Positions 47,512 to 57,276 of a stretch of DNA of 64,000 nt are shown here, piece after piece. The notes under the pieces are model-generated. The model was not told the origin of the DNA. It saw nothing but the letters and a program-made list of their open reading frames with translations, and made no database searches. The stretch's first letter is position 1. Every line of letters begins with the position of its first letter. Both the position numbers and the translations under genes were made by a program. This DNA is from Verrucomicrobiota bacterium (GTDB lineage Bacteria > Verrucomicrobiota > Verrucomicrobiia > Limisphaerales > CANJSG01): positions 1-64,000 of the forward strand of contig JBBQXJ010000007.1 of NCBI GenBank assembly GCA_038209745.1, in the 5' to 3' direction.

Positions 47512-50500
47512 CTACGCGGAGGGAACAGCGGTCTTGGCCTTTTCCAGGAGACGTTTCATCGCCAGGACGAGGCCTTTCAAGCTGACGGGTTTGGTCAGGT
47601 AGTCGTTGGCTCCGGCGGCGAGGCAACGTTCCCGGTCGCCGGACATCGCGAGAGCGGTGAGGGCGATCATGGGGGTGTGGGCGACGCCGGGCGTGGCGCG
47701 GATCTCCCGCATGGCTTCGAGGCCGTCTTTGTTCGGCATCTGCACGTCCATCAGGACGAGATCGGGATGGTCGGCGATGGTGCGATCGACGGCTTCCTGT
47801 CCGTCCGAAGCGAAGATCATGCGGTAGCCGATCTGCTCGAGATAGTCGCGGAGCAGGAGCGTGTTGGTCTCGTTGTCGTCGGCCACGAGGATGAGCGGCT
47901 GATCGAGTCCGGGTGGGGCCAAACTGCTCTCCATCGGGACCGCGGGAGTCTGCGGCCTCTGCGGTAAATCCACGGATTCCGACGGCTCCGGCTTGGTCGA
48001 GGTTGTCGAGGTTGACCTCCGGACAAACCTTGTATCGTCGGGCCCGGAGGTGGGGATGACGGTGGGCAGGAAGAAGTGGAAGCGGCTCCCCTTCCCCAGA
48101 TCGCTCTCCAGGCCGACGCGGCCGCCGTGGAGTTCGGCCATTCGCCGGACGAGGGCCAGACCGAGTCCGGTGCCGCAGTATTCCCGGCTCAGGCTGCTGT
48201 CGAGCTGGACGAAGGAGCGGAAGAGTTTGTCCTGGTTGCTTGGAACGATGCCGATACCGGTGTCCCAGACCTCGAAACGGACGCCGGCGGGATCATCGAC
48301 GGCGTGGACGTCGATGCCGACCCGGCCACCCTCGGGGGTGAACTTCACGGCGTTGCTGAGGAGATTGACGAGCATCTGTTTCACGCGGCGCTCGTCGGCG
48401 GTGAGCTGGTCGACGCCGTCGCCGATGTTCAGGGTGACCCCGATGCGCTTCTTCTGGGCGATCTCCTTGATGAAGCGGAGGCTGGACTCGCAGACGTCGC
48501 GGACGGTGAAGAGCTCGGCATCCAGCTTCATCTTGCCGGCTTCGATCTTGGAGAGGTCGAGGATGTCGTTGATCAGCGCGAGGAGATGGCGGCCGCTTTC
48601 GGTGACACCGTTCAGGGAGCCGCGCTGCTTTTCGGTGAGGGGGCCGTAGACTTCTTCGAGGAGAGCCTCCGAGAGGCCGAGAACCGAGTTGAGAGGCGTC
48701 CGGAGCTCGTGGCTCATGCTCGCGAGAAACTCGTCCTTGAGGGTGGCCACCTTGGCCAGCTCGACGTTTGCCTGGCTGAGACTGCGGGTCCTCTCCTCGA
48801 CCTGCCGGGAGAGGGACCGGCGTTCGGTCTCGAGTTCGCGTTCGATCCTCTGCCGCTCGGAGATCTCCATCCGCATGAGCCGGTTGGTGAGCTCGATCTG
48901 TTCCGTGCGCAGATGGACGCGTTCTTCGAGGGACTCGTTGGCCTGCCGGAGATCCTGCTGCGCCTGCATGCGCTCGATGGCGGCGGCGGCGTAGTCGGCC
49001 ATGGCCTGGAGAGTGACGAGGTCGGACTCGCGGTAGGCGCCATGGTGGCCGCTCCGGATCGTAACCAGACCGAAAGCCTCAGGACCGCGACGAATCGGGA
49101 CCAGGAGCGTCGACATGGTCCTATCACCGGGCGCGCTCCCGGGGGACGGGCGCTCGTCGGGCTCCAACAATCCGGTGCCGGAGCCGACGACCCGCTCATA
49201 CAAAGCGGAAAGCGGTCGGTTCAGAGTCAGAGGAAGCTCGGCGCGATTGCCATCGACGAGTTCAAGCTGCAGGACGTCGGACAGAAGGCGCTTCTCCGCA
49301 TCCCACACCATCAGGCCGAAGGCGTCCCATCCGAGAATGCGGTCCGCCTCGTTCGCGACGATGGAAGCGGCCTCCTTCTGGGACGCGGCGCTGCTGAGAA
49401 GCAGACCAAGGCTCAGGAACGCCTCCTGTACCGCTTCGGTCTTCTTGCGTTCGGAGATGTCGCGCTGGACGGAGACCCAGTGGGTGAAGAGCCCGCTCTT
49501 GTCGGCAATGGGGACCAGGGAGAACTCGACCCAGAAATCCGTCCCGTCCTTGCGATAGTTCAGCAGCTCGACAGTGATCTGGCTCAGGGTCTCCAGCGCC
49601 CCCCGCACCTGGTCGAGGGTGGCCTGGTCCGTGCCCGGGCCTTGGAGCATGCCCGACGTTTTGCCCACCGCTTCTTCGGGTCGATAGCCCGTCTGGCGGC
49701 AGAAAGCCTCGTTCACATAGACGATGCGGGGCTCCTGTCGGCTGATCGGTTCCGCCTCGGTGATGATGACCGCGTCCGTGGCGTGAAAAATGGCGGATTC
49801 CAGCAGGCGAAGCCGTTCCTCGGCGTGCTTCCACGCGGTGAGATCGGTATGCGAGCCCGCCATGCGGTAGGGCTTTCCGGAAGGGTCGCGCAGCGCGGCG
49901 CCCCGAGCCAGAACCCAGCGGCACGTCGCATTGCGATGCCACATCCGGTATTCGACCTCGAAGTCGCGGGACCGGCCCTGGAGGTAGCTGTCGATCGCCT
50001 CCATGACCCGGGGGCGGTCCTCCGCGTGCATCAGTTCTTTCCACGTGTCGAAGCGGTTCAGCAGTTCCTGGTCGGAGTAGCCGAGCATCTCCTTCCAACG
50101 CGGCGACAGATAGACGCGGTCGCTCCCGACCTCCCAGTCCCAGATGCCGGCGCTGGAACCGTTGACCGCGAGTTCGAACCGTTCGCGACTACGACGCACG
50201 TGGTCGATCTCCTCTCCCTCCTCGGTGGAATCCAACAACACCCCCGAGAACACGATCAACCCTCCGGGCTTCGTCTTCACATTGGCCTGGCCACGGATCC
50301 AGCGGAGACCCCGGCTGCCCGATTCCAGTCGACCAAGCCACTGCCACGGACTCCGCTCACGACCGGCAATATGGAGGGAATCCAGCAGACCCGGCAGATC
50401 GTCGGGATGTGCCCGGCCGAAAAACACGTCAGCCTCCCGGGCGATATCCGTGGCGGAAACGCCCAGCAAAGTGGCGGTCGACGGGCTTATCCGGTCGAAC

Positions 50501-50607
50501 CGGAATTCGCCCGCAGGGGAAAGCTCCAAGCGGAACACCACTCCCGGCAGATCGTCGATCAGGTCGTCGGCGATCTCGGCTTCGGGGGCAGTTGCGTCGG
50601 TCTGCAT
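47512..50607 (-). CDS. Cytoplasmic PAS-PAS-PAS-GAF hybrid histidine kinase/response regulator
   Basis: HPDD, GIWDW, NYRKDG PAS motifs; FLASMSHELRTPL; NLLSNAVKFT; GTGLGL; REC LMDVQMP..KP; start MQTD at 50607. Confidence 0.94.
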   Translation of the reverse strand: MQTDATAPEAEIADDLIDDLPGVVFRLELSPAGEFRFDRISPSTATLLGVSATDIAREADVFFGRAHPDDLPGLLDSLHIAGRERSPWQWLGRLESGSRGLRWIRGQANVKTKPGGLIVFSGVLLDSTEEGEEIDHVRRSRERFELAVNGSSAGIWDWEVGSDRVYLSPRWKEMLGYSDQELLNRFDTWKELMHAEDRPRVMEAIDSYLQGRSRDFEVEYRMWHRNATCRWVLARGAALRDPSGKPYRMAGSHTDLTAWKHAEERLRLLESAIFHATDAVIITEAEPISRQEPRIVYVNEAFCRQTGYRPEEAVGKTSGMLQGPGTDQATLDQVRGALETLSQITVELLNYRKDGTDFWVEFSLVPIADKSGLFTHWVSVQRDISERKKTEAVQEAFLSLGLLLSSAASQKEAASIVANEADRILGWDAFGLMVWDAEKRLLSDVLQLELVDGNRAELPLTLNRPLSALYERVVGSGTGLLEPDERPSPGSAPGDRTMSTLLVPIRRGPEAFGLVTIRSGHHGAYRESDLVTLQAMADYAAAAIERMQAQQDLRQANESLEERVHLRTEQIELTNRLMRMEISERQRIERELETERRSLSRQVEERTRSLSQANVELAKVATLKDEFLASMSHELRTPLNSVLGLSEALLEEVYGPLTEKQRGSLNGVTESGRHLLALINDILDLSKIEAGKMKLDAELFTVRDVCESSLRFIKEIAQKKRIGVTLNIGDGVDQLTADERRVKQMLVNLLSNAVKFTPEGGRVGIDVHAVDDPAGVRFEVWDTGIGIVPSNQDKLFRSFVQLDSSLSREYCGTGLGLALVRRMAELHGGRVGLESDLGKGSRFHFFLPTVIPTSGPDDTRFVRRSTSTTSTKPEPSESVDLPQRPQTPAVPMESSLAPPGLDQPLILVADDNETNTLLLRDYLEQIGYRMIFASDGQEAVDRTIADHPDLVLMDVQMPNKDGLEAMREIRATPGVAHTPMIALTALAMSGDRERCLAAGANDYLTKPVSLKGLVLAMKRLLEKAKTAVPSA

Positions 50608-50670
50608 GTTCGGAACGGCGCGCGGAACCGACAGACGCCACATGCGCCGACGATTCCCTGCACCGCCCTT

Positions 50671-50697
50671 GCATCGGCGCGAAGTTGGCGGAGTTGA
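50671..50697 (-). promoter_or_regulatory. Putative sigma28 (FliA)-type promoter of the hybrid kinase
   Basis: Minus strand TCAA-N15-GCCGATGC, 63 nt upstream of the ATG. Confidence 0.5.
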
Positions 50698-50737
50698 GGC
50701 TTCGGCTCGTGCCGGAGGAAATGCCTCCGATCCTCGG

Positions 50738-51310
50738 TCAGACCACCGAATCGACGATCCGGACGTCGACGGCGTGCATGCCGGCGGCACGGATTCCTTG
50801 GAGCCCGAGTTCGGTGTCCTCGTAGGCGCGACAAAACCGGGGTTCCACTCCGATACGACGGGCTGCTTCCAGAAAGATGTCGGGAGCCGGCTTTTGCCGC
50901 ACCACGTCCTCGCTCGTGACCACGGCGTTGAACCACTCCCGGATGCCGAGGTGCACGAGCACGTCGTTGATGACGTGTCGGCTGCCGCCGGAGGCGACCG
51001 CCATGGGGAGCTTGCCGAGATATTGGCGGGCGATGGCGACGACGTGTTCCACGGGCTTCACCAGGCGAAGGTTCGGGAGATAGGCCATCTCCTTCTCCTT
51101 CGCGACCGCGAGAGGGTCGAGATCGAGCCGTTGCTCGACGGCGATCATCTCGACGATGTCGCGGGTGGGCACGCCGCCGAGGGAATAGAAACGGTCCTCG
51201 GGGAAGTGGAACTTGTATTTCGCGCTGACAAACTGCCAGGCCTCCCAATGCAGCGGCATGGTGTCGGCGATGGTGCCGTCGCAGTCGAAGACGAGTCCTT
51301 GGATGGTCAT
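50738..51310 (-). CDS. HAD-family phosphatase (YqaB/beta-PGM-like)
   Basis: FDCDGTIAD, KPAPDIF, YED-GLQG-AAGM. Confidence 0.9.
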   Translation of the reverse strand: MTIQGLVFDCDGTIADTMPLHWEAWQFVSAKYKFHFPEDRFYSLGGVPTRDIVEMIAVEQRLDLDPLAVAKEKEMAYLPNLRLVKPVEHVVAIARQYLGKLPMAVASGGSRHVINDVLVHLGIREWFNAVVTSEDVVRQKPAPDIFLEAARRIGVEPRFCRAYEDTELGLQGIRAAGMHAVDVRIVDSVV

Positions 51311-52386
51311 AGCTGCAGGGCCTTGAGCCGCTCGTCCAGATCGTTGGCCATCAGCGGCTCGATGACGTCGTCGAGGTCGCCCTCCATGAGGGCCGGAAGA
51401 TTGTAGAGGGTGAGCTCGATCCGGTGGTCGGTCACCCGGTTCTGGGGAAAATTGTAGGTGCGGATCTTCTCGCTGCGTTCGCCGGTGCCGACCTGCTGGG
51501 AACGCTGGCTCTCATACTTGGCCTTCTCCTCGGCGACCTTCCGCTCCAACAGCCGCGACCGCAGCACGGTCATGGCCTGGGCCCTGTTCTTGATCTGCGA
51601 CCGTTCATCGGCGCACCGCACGATCATGCCCGTCGGCTTGTAGATGATCTGGACGGCGGAGTCGGTCGTGTTCACGCCCTGCCCGCCCTTGCCCGAGGCG
51701 CGGCAGACGTTGACCTCGATGTCCTCGGGCCTGATCTCGACATCCACCTCCTCGGCCTCCGGCAGCACCGCGACAGTGGCGGTGCTGGTGTGGATACGGC
51801 CTTGGGCCTCCGTGGCCGGCACACGCTGCACCCGGTGCACGCCGCTCTCGTATTTCAACCGCTTGAAGACGTCGTCGCCCTTTATGTTGACGACGATCTC
51901 CTTGAGCCCGCCGAGATCCGACGCGCTGGAATCCATCGGCTCGATCTTCCAGCCGCGCGCCTCGGCATAGCGGGAATACATCCGGTAGAGAGCCGCCACG
52001 AAAAGAGCGGATTCCGACCCGCCGGCACCGGCGCGGATCTCGAAGATCGTGTTCCGCGAATCGGTCTGGTCCGGCGGCACCAGGCCACGCATGACGACGA
52101 GCTCCAGCCTCGGCGCCAACTCCTCCAACCGCGCGATTTCTTCCCGCGCCATGAGCGCCATTTCAGAACCCTCGGGCTCGGACTCGAACAGCGCGCGGTT
52201 CTCGGAAAGTTCTGCCTTCGCCTTGAGAAACGCGTTCCCGCTGGAGACCAGCTCCTTCAGCCGCGAATACTCCCGGGTCAGCTCCTGGCCGCGCTGCGCG
52301 TTGTCGAAGGCCGACGGATCCGACAAGGCCGATTCCACTTCGGCGAAGCGGCGGGCAAATTTGTCGATGTGGGGTTGAAGATCCAT
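51307..52386 (-). CDS. prfA: Peptide chain release factor 1
   Basis: ESGVHRVQRVPAT (PxT motif), GGQ, RTYNFPQNRVTDHR. Confidence 0.97.
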   Translation of the reverse strand: MDLQPHIDKFARRFAEVESALSDPSAFDNAQRGQELTREYSRLKELVSSGNAFLKAKAELSENRALFESEPEGSEMALMAREEIARLEELAPRLELVVMRGLVPPDQTDSRNTIFEIRAGAGGSESALFVAALYRMYSRYAEARGWKIEPMDSSASDLGGLKEIVVNIKGDDVFKRLKYESGVHRVQRVPATEAQGRIHTSTATVAVLPEAEEVDVEIRPEDIEVNVCRASGKGGQGVNTTDSAVQIIYKPTGMIVRCADERSQIKNRAQAMTVLRSRLLERKVAEEKAKYESQRSQQVGTGERSEKIRTYNFPQNRVTDHRIELTLYNLPALMEGDLDDVIEPLMANDLDERLKALQL

Positions 52387-52450
52387 GGAGTGGGGTTCCT
52401 ACCAGCGGTCAGAATCGTTGCTCCGCCCCGCGAAGTTCCCGACCGTCACC

Positions 52451-52497
52451 AAAACGCAAAACCGCCCGCCTACCTCGGAAGAGGCGGGCGGGCGGTC
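52451..52497 (-). terminator. Hairpin terminator/attenuator between rpmE and prfA
   Basis: ACCGCCCGCC..GGCGGGCGGT stem with T-runs on the minus strand. Confidence 0.6.
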
Positions 52498-52509
52498 GGA
52501 TGAAAAGGG

Positions 52510-52764
52510 CTACTTGCGCTTCTTCTTGGTGGTCGCGGCCTCGGCGGCGGCGGCCTGAACGGCCTGGGTCTTGGCCAAGCGCTGCTGGAACTTGTCGACG
52601 CGTCCGGCGGTATCCACGAACTTCTGCGTTCCGGTGTAGAACGGATGGCAGGCGTTGCAGATGCCGACCACCATCGACTTCTTCACCGATCGGGTGTGAA
52701 TCACATTGCCACAGGCACAACGGATCTCGGCGTCCTGGTAGTTCGGATGAATGTCAGCTTTCAT
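52510..52764 (-). CDS. rpmE: 50S ribosomal protein L31 (zinc-binding type)
   Basis: [28 protein letters not shown]; promoter TTGTCA-N16-TACTTT at 52806-52779. Confidence 0.97.
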   Translation of the reverse strand: MKADIHPNYQDAEIRCACGNVIHTRSVKKSMVVGICNACHPFYTGTQKFVDTAGRVDKFQQRLAKTQAVQAAAAEAATTKKKRK

Positions 52765-53040
52765 AGCAAAGGCCGGCGAAAGTAGCAGTGACCGCGCCCC
52801 TGACAAGAGCAATTTTTGCCGAACGACCGCACAGCAGGGTTCTGCCAACGATTCCGGGCGTCCAGCGGGACCCCCGACACCTTCGGAAGTTCTCGATCAA
52901 GTGGGGCAGCGATCCCCTGATACCGACTACGGAAGGGGGTTGAAAAAACCGCAGGCACCCCCTCATGCAGTTTACTCTCGTAGTTCGTATGAGAGATTCC
53001 GCTGTGGTGATTCGCCAGCAACCCCCGGTAGCCTGCGGGC

Positions 53041-53769
53041 GTGGTCGAGAACGAGCCAAAGCCCCACCCCGTCGCCGTGGTCACCGGAGCCGCCGGTGGG
53101 CTGGGCCGCGCGTTGGTCGGGGAATTCCTCCGCACGGGCTGGAGAGTGGCCGCCGCATCCCATCGCCCGGCCGACTGGGAAGCCCACGTCGCGCTCCTGC
53201 CCCTGACGGTCGACGTCACCTCGAAGGAGGCCGTGGTCGCCGGCATGAAGTCCGTGACCGACCGGTGGGACCGCATCGACTGTCTCGTGAACAATGCGGG
53301 CGTTGCGCTCGACGATTCCGTGGTGCGCCTCTCAGACGAGGACTGGCAACGGGTCTGCGACGTCAATCTCAAGGGCGCTTTCCTCTGCTCGCAGGCCGTG
53401 TCGCGCGGCATGGGCTCCGCCAAGAACGGCAGCATCGTCAACCTCGCCTCCTTCGCGGCCCGCCAGGGCACCCGGGGTCAACCCGCCTATGCCGCCGCCA
53501 AGGCGGGACTCATCGGCTTCACCCAGTCGCTGGCGCGCGAACTCGGCTCACGGAACGTCCGGGTCAACGCCGTCCTCCCCGGCGTCCTGCCCACCGGGAT
53601 GACCGCCTCCCTGTCCCCAGACCAATGGCAATCGCTGGCCGGCACGAACGTCCTCGGCCGCGTCGGAACCTTGGAAGAAGCGGCTCGGTTCATCGTGTTC
53701 CTCGCCGGGATGCAGCATGTCTCGGGGCAGGTTTTCCAACTCGACAGCCGGATCGGGCGGTGGACGTGA
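53041..53769 (+). CDS. SDR oxidoreductase (FabG-like)
   Basis: TGAAGGLG, NNAG, YAAAK, VNAVLPG. Confidence 0.92.
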   Translation: MVENEPKPHPVAVVTGAAGGLGRALVGEFLRTGWRVAAASHRPADWEAHVALLPLTVDVTSKEAVVAGMKSVTDRWDRIDCLVNNAGVALDDSVVRLSDEDWQRVCDVNLKGAFLCSQAVSRGMGSAKNGSIVNLASFAARQGTRGQPAYAAAKAGLIGFTQSLARELGSRNVRVNAVLPGVLPTGMTASLSPDQWQSLAGTNVLGRVGTLEEAARFIVFLAGMQHVSGQVFQLDSRIGRWT

Positions 53770-53857
53770 AGCAGACGCGGCATCCCAGTTTTCCCGAGCC
53801 TCAAACCGAACCGACCATCGCATTGATGCCCCTCTCCTGTCTGACTTCTCTCCGACG

Positions 53858-55240
53858 ATGAACGCCACTTTGCGCCGCGCCCTTGCCCAACTCGCCCGCC
53901 AGATGCCCGCCGGAGAACTGCTCCGCGACGAGGCTTCTTTGCTCAAGTTTTCCGGCGACAAATGGTTCGCCACCGCCCGGCCCGACGCCGTCGCGTTGCC
54001 TTCGTCCACCGCCGCCGTCTCCAAGGTCCTCGCGTTCGCCACGAAGCATCGGATTCCCGTCACGCCGCGCGGCGCCGGCTATGGCTACGTCGGCGGCTGC
54101 GTTCCGGTGCAGGGCGGCATCGTGCTTTCGCTGGAGGAGATGGACCGCGTGCTGGAGATCAACGACCGCGACTTCGTGGCCGTCGTCCAACCCGGCTTGA
54201 TCACCGCCACGCTCCAGAAAGCCGTCGAGAAGAAGCGCCTGTTCTATCCGCCGGATCCCGCCAGCCGCGCCGACTGTTCCATCGGCGGCAACATCGCCAC
54301 CAACGCCGGCGGGCCGCGCTGCCTGAAATACGGCGTCACCCGCGACTACGTCCTCGGCCTCGAAGTCGTCCTGGCCGACGGCACCGTCACGCGGCTCGGC
54401 GGCCGCGCGCACAAGAACAAGACCGGCTTCGATCTGCACCGCCTCTTCGTCGGCAGCGAGGGGATGCTGGGCATCGTGACGGAGGCCACCTTGAAGCTCC
54501 TGCCGTTGCCGCCGTATCGCGCCCTGCTCGGCGTCGGCTTCAACACCATGCGCGGCTGCACCCGCGCCATCCGTGCGATCCTCCGCGCCGGATTCCTGCC
54601 CTGCGCGCTGGAGATGGCCGACCAGTTCACCCTCGCCGCCGCCCGCAAACGCACCGGCAGCAAACGCCTCGAAGGCTCGAACGCCATGCTCTTCGTCGAG
54701 CTCGACGGACAGGAACGTTCCGTGCGCGGCGAGCTGGAGGATCTGGAAAAGCTGGTCAAGCCGCTGAAGCCCGTCTTCGTCGACCGCGCCTTCGGCCCGG
54801 CGGAAGTGGAGAAGCTCTGGGGCCTGCGCCGCGAATTCTCCTACTCACTGCGCGACACCGGTCTGACCAAGCTGAACGAGGACATCGTGGTCCCGCGCGG
54901 CAAACTGGAGGAACTGATCGCCTTCGCGGAAGGCCTCCAGAAGAAGCACGGACTGCCGGTCGCGTGTTTCGGCCACGCCGGCGACGGCAACATCCACGTC
55001 AACGTGATGGTCGATTTTACCCAGCCCTTCGCCAAGGAACGCAGCGAAGCCGCGCTCGACGAACTCTTCTCCCAGATCGTCGCCTGGGGCGGTGCGGTCA
55101 CCGGCGAACACGGCATCGGCCTGGCCAAGAAACCGTGGTGGCCGCTGGCCGCCGATGAATCCGTCCGCGCCCTTCACCAGACGGTGAAGAACGCCCTCGA
55201 TCCCCTGCGTCTCCAGAACCCCGGCAAGTTCCTCGGCTGA
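53858..55240 (+). CDS. FAD-linked oxidase (GlcD/D-lactate dehydrogenase family)
   Basis: PRGAG, YPPDPAS, IGGNIATNAGG, GHAGDGNIH, GEHGIG. Confidence 0.92.
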   Translation: MNATLRRALAQLARQMPAGELLRDEASLLKFSGDKWFATARPDAVALPSSTAAVSKVLAFATKHRIPVTPRGAGYGYVGGCVPVQGGIVLSLEEMDRVLEINDRDFVAVVQPGLITATLQKAVEKKRLFYPPDPASRADCSIGGNIATNAGGPRCLKYGVTRDYVLGLEVVLADGTVTRLGGRAHKNKTGFDLHRLFVGSEGMLGIVTEATLKLLPLPPYRALLGVGFNTMRGCTRAIRAILRAGFLPCALEMADQFTLAAARKRTGSKRLEGSNAMLFVELDGQERSVRGELEDLEKLVKPLKPVFVDRAFGPAEVEKLWGLRREFSYSLRDTGLTKLNEDIVVPRGKLEELIAFAEGLQKKHGLPVACFGHAGDGNIHVNVMVDFTQPFAKERSEAALDELFSQIVAWGGAVTGEHGIGLAKKPWWPLAADESVRALHQTVKNALDPLRLQNPGKFLG

Positions 55241-55282
55241 ACGCCAAGACCACGGAAGGGGTGCGGTCGGAGCGATGCAGTG

Positions 55283-55439
55283 GAAATGAATGGGGATCGC
55301 AGCCGCCCCGGCTGCCGGACTCGGACGCGGTCCGGACCCAGCAGCCGATATATCGTTTCCTGCGCCTATCGTTGGACCGCGAGGGCGCGTTCCACTGCGC
55401 CCGGGGCGCGCGCCCCCAGCCCCACTGCTTCGCTCCGGC
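55283..55439 (-). repeat. Dispersed ~155-bp REP/MITE-like repeat, copy B
   Basis: Reverse complement aligns with 41329-41485. Confidence 0.85.
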
Positions 55440-55988
55440 TCAGTGCCGCAGAATCTGGAAGGTCGTGTCAAACCACAGCCCGGCATAGTCGAACTGCATG
55501 GTCCCCTCTTCGAAGCTCGCCCCGAACCACGTCACCGCGTTCCGGTTCCCGGTCAGGCCGAGGACCTCCTGGAACATCGCCGCGTCCAGCGCCAGGACCG
55601 AGTAGCGCCCGCGCCGCAGGTCATGTTTGGCCATCAAGCGGATCATTTCCTCGGCGGATTCGAGCGACGGCGTGACCACCCACAAGTCCGCCTCCGGACA
55701 CTTCACCGCCAGCTTCTCCAGCTTGTTGACGCCGCACTCGCCACACTCCACCCAGAGCTTCATCCGCATCTCGTAGTCGAGTTGGCTGAGGTCCGGCACG
55801 AAGGGCACCGCGTCGTCCGGCACCCGCGCGTCGATGCGGAGACGCTCCCGGAAGAAGAGCATGAAACCCATCACCTTCAGGAGCACGTGGACCAGCGTCT
55901 GTTTGTCCCGTCGGCCGATGATGATCGACTGCGGCAGGTCCCGCTTCTTGTCCCGGCTCTCGATGGCGAAGCTGAATTTGTGGCTCAT
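55440..55988 (-). CDS. YaeQ-like protein (PD-(D/E)xK-like fold)
   Basis: HVLLKVMG, PDL..LWVECG..KLEK. Confidence 0.7.
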   Translation of the reverse strand: MSHKFSFAIESRDKKRDLPQSIIIGRRDKQTLVHVLLKVMGFMLFFRERLRIDARVPDDAVPFVPDLSQLDYEMRMKLWVECGECGVNKLEKLAVKCPEADLWVVTPSLESAEEMIRLMAKHDLRRGRYSVLALDAAMFQEVLGLTGNRNAVTWFGASFEEGTMQFDYAGLWFDTTFQILRH

Positions 55989-56007
55989 CGGCTCCGGAAG
56001 GTTGCAT

Positions 56008-57276
56008 TCACGGCAACACCTGCACCGGCGTCTCGATCCCTACCATCCGCAGCAGGTGCAGCGCGTTCCAGTTCGCCAACCGGAAACACCCGTGCGACTC
56101 GGTGCGTCCGACCTGCTCCGGCGAAGGCGTGCCGTGGATGCCGTAGCCGGGCCGGTCCAACCCGACCCAGGCAAGTCCCACCGGGTTGTTCGGCCCCGGC
56201 GGTATGATCAACTTCCGGCCCAGTTGCTGCGCCTCCGCGGATTCCGGAAACACCTCCGGATTCATCGTGTAGTTCGGGTCCGGAATGGCCACGGCCACGT
56301 GCAGCTCGCCCACCGGCCGCTTGTCCACCCGGGCCGCGATGCTGCAGGGGAAATGCGCCACCAACCGGCCATGGTCGTCGAAGGCTTCCAACGCCCGCGC
56401 GCCCAGTTCGATGCGGATCACGGCCACCCGCCCGGACACCGGCGGCGGCTCCACGGCGGGAATCACCAGGGGCGTCCCCGGCGCGACGTTGTCCCAGTCG
56501 ATCGCGGGATTCAGCCGCTGGACAAGGGTCGGAGAACTCCACGCCTTCTCGGCCACCTTTTCCAAAAGCGTCTCGTAGGCCATGGACGTTTGTTGCGACT
56601 TCCCGAGCCACGTCTTGCTGATCGGCTGCAAGTCCGCCAAGTCGCCGGGCTGCACCGTCCAGACCGTGTAGATCGGCTCGCGCACCGGAAGCCGGGCACG
56701 GGTCGCGGCATCCAGTTCGCCCGACTGCGACAAGCCCTGTTGCCGTTGGAAGGCAAGGAGAGCCGCCCGCGTCTGGCCACCGGAAACGCCGTCGATCGAG
56801 CCCGGAGAAAACCCGCGCCGCGCCAACGCCAACTGGGTCTCGAAAGGGTTCTGCACTGGGCGGAAGCCGGCCCACTGGATCCCTCCCGAGGCCAGAGGCG
56901 GAGCCGGATCGGTGACCACGGTTCGCACGGCCGGTTCCGGCTGCGGCAAAGGAGCGACGTCGTGGCTTGGCGCAGCCGAAGTCGCGGGCCGCTGCGGAGG
57001 CGGCACCGGAAGGAACGTGTTGGTCACGATGACCACCACGCCGTTGCTGCGAAAGGCCCGCAGAACCGGAGTCGGCTGGAGCGTCGCCGGCCGGGCGCTG
57101 CCGGGCGCCGGGACCGTCGTGCGGGCCGGGCCAGGAGACGTCGCGAGCTTCTGCTGCTGCCTCCACCACCACCAGGCGCCATAGGCCAGTCCGGCAACGA
57201 GGATCAACCCGCCCAGCGTCCGGAGAATGCCTCCATGTTGGCGGGACCTGCGGGCTGACACGTTCAATCGCACCAT
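56008..57276 (-). CDS. L,D-transpeptidase with peptidoglycan-binding domain
   Basis: TM anchor, GFSPGSIDG..AFQ, PGPNNPVG, YGIHGT..SHGCFRL. Confidence 0.92.
   Translation of the reverse strand: MVRLNVSARRSRQHGGILRTLGGLILVAGLAYGAWWWWRQQQKLATSPGPARTTVPAPGSARPATLQPTPVLRAFRSNGVVVIVTNTFLPVPPPQRPATSAAPSHDVAPLPQPEPAVRTVVTDPAPPLASGGIQWAGFRPVQNPFETQLALARRGFSPGSIDGVSGGQTRAALLAFQRQQGLSQSGELDAATRARLPVREPIYTVWTVQPGDLADLQPISKTWLGKSQQTSMAYETLLEKVAEKAWSSPTLVQRLNPAIDWDNVAPGTPLVIPAVEPPPVSGRVAVIRIELGARALEAFDDHGRLVAHFPCSIAARVDKRPVGELHVAVAIPDPNYTMNPEVFPESAEAQQLGRKLIIPPGPNNPVGLAWVGLDRPGYGIHGTPSPEQVGRTESHGCFRLANWNALHLLRMVGIETPVQVLP

Noticed and set aside
47512..47514. Pyrrolysine or amber recoding as the explanation for the in-frame caspase segment
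   Set aside because: No pyl genes or tRNA-CTA in the window, prfA is intact, and other genes (e.g. rplS, trmD) end normally at TAG
48076..50697. 873-aa plus-strand ORF and similar long ORFs (26..1246, 19620..20981, 21049..22833, 37441..38928, 58091..60268, 60578..62116)
   Set aside because: Antisense shadows of well-supported genes; expected at high GC; no domain motifs
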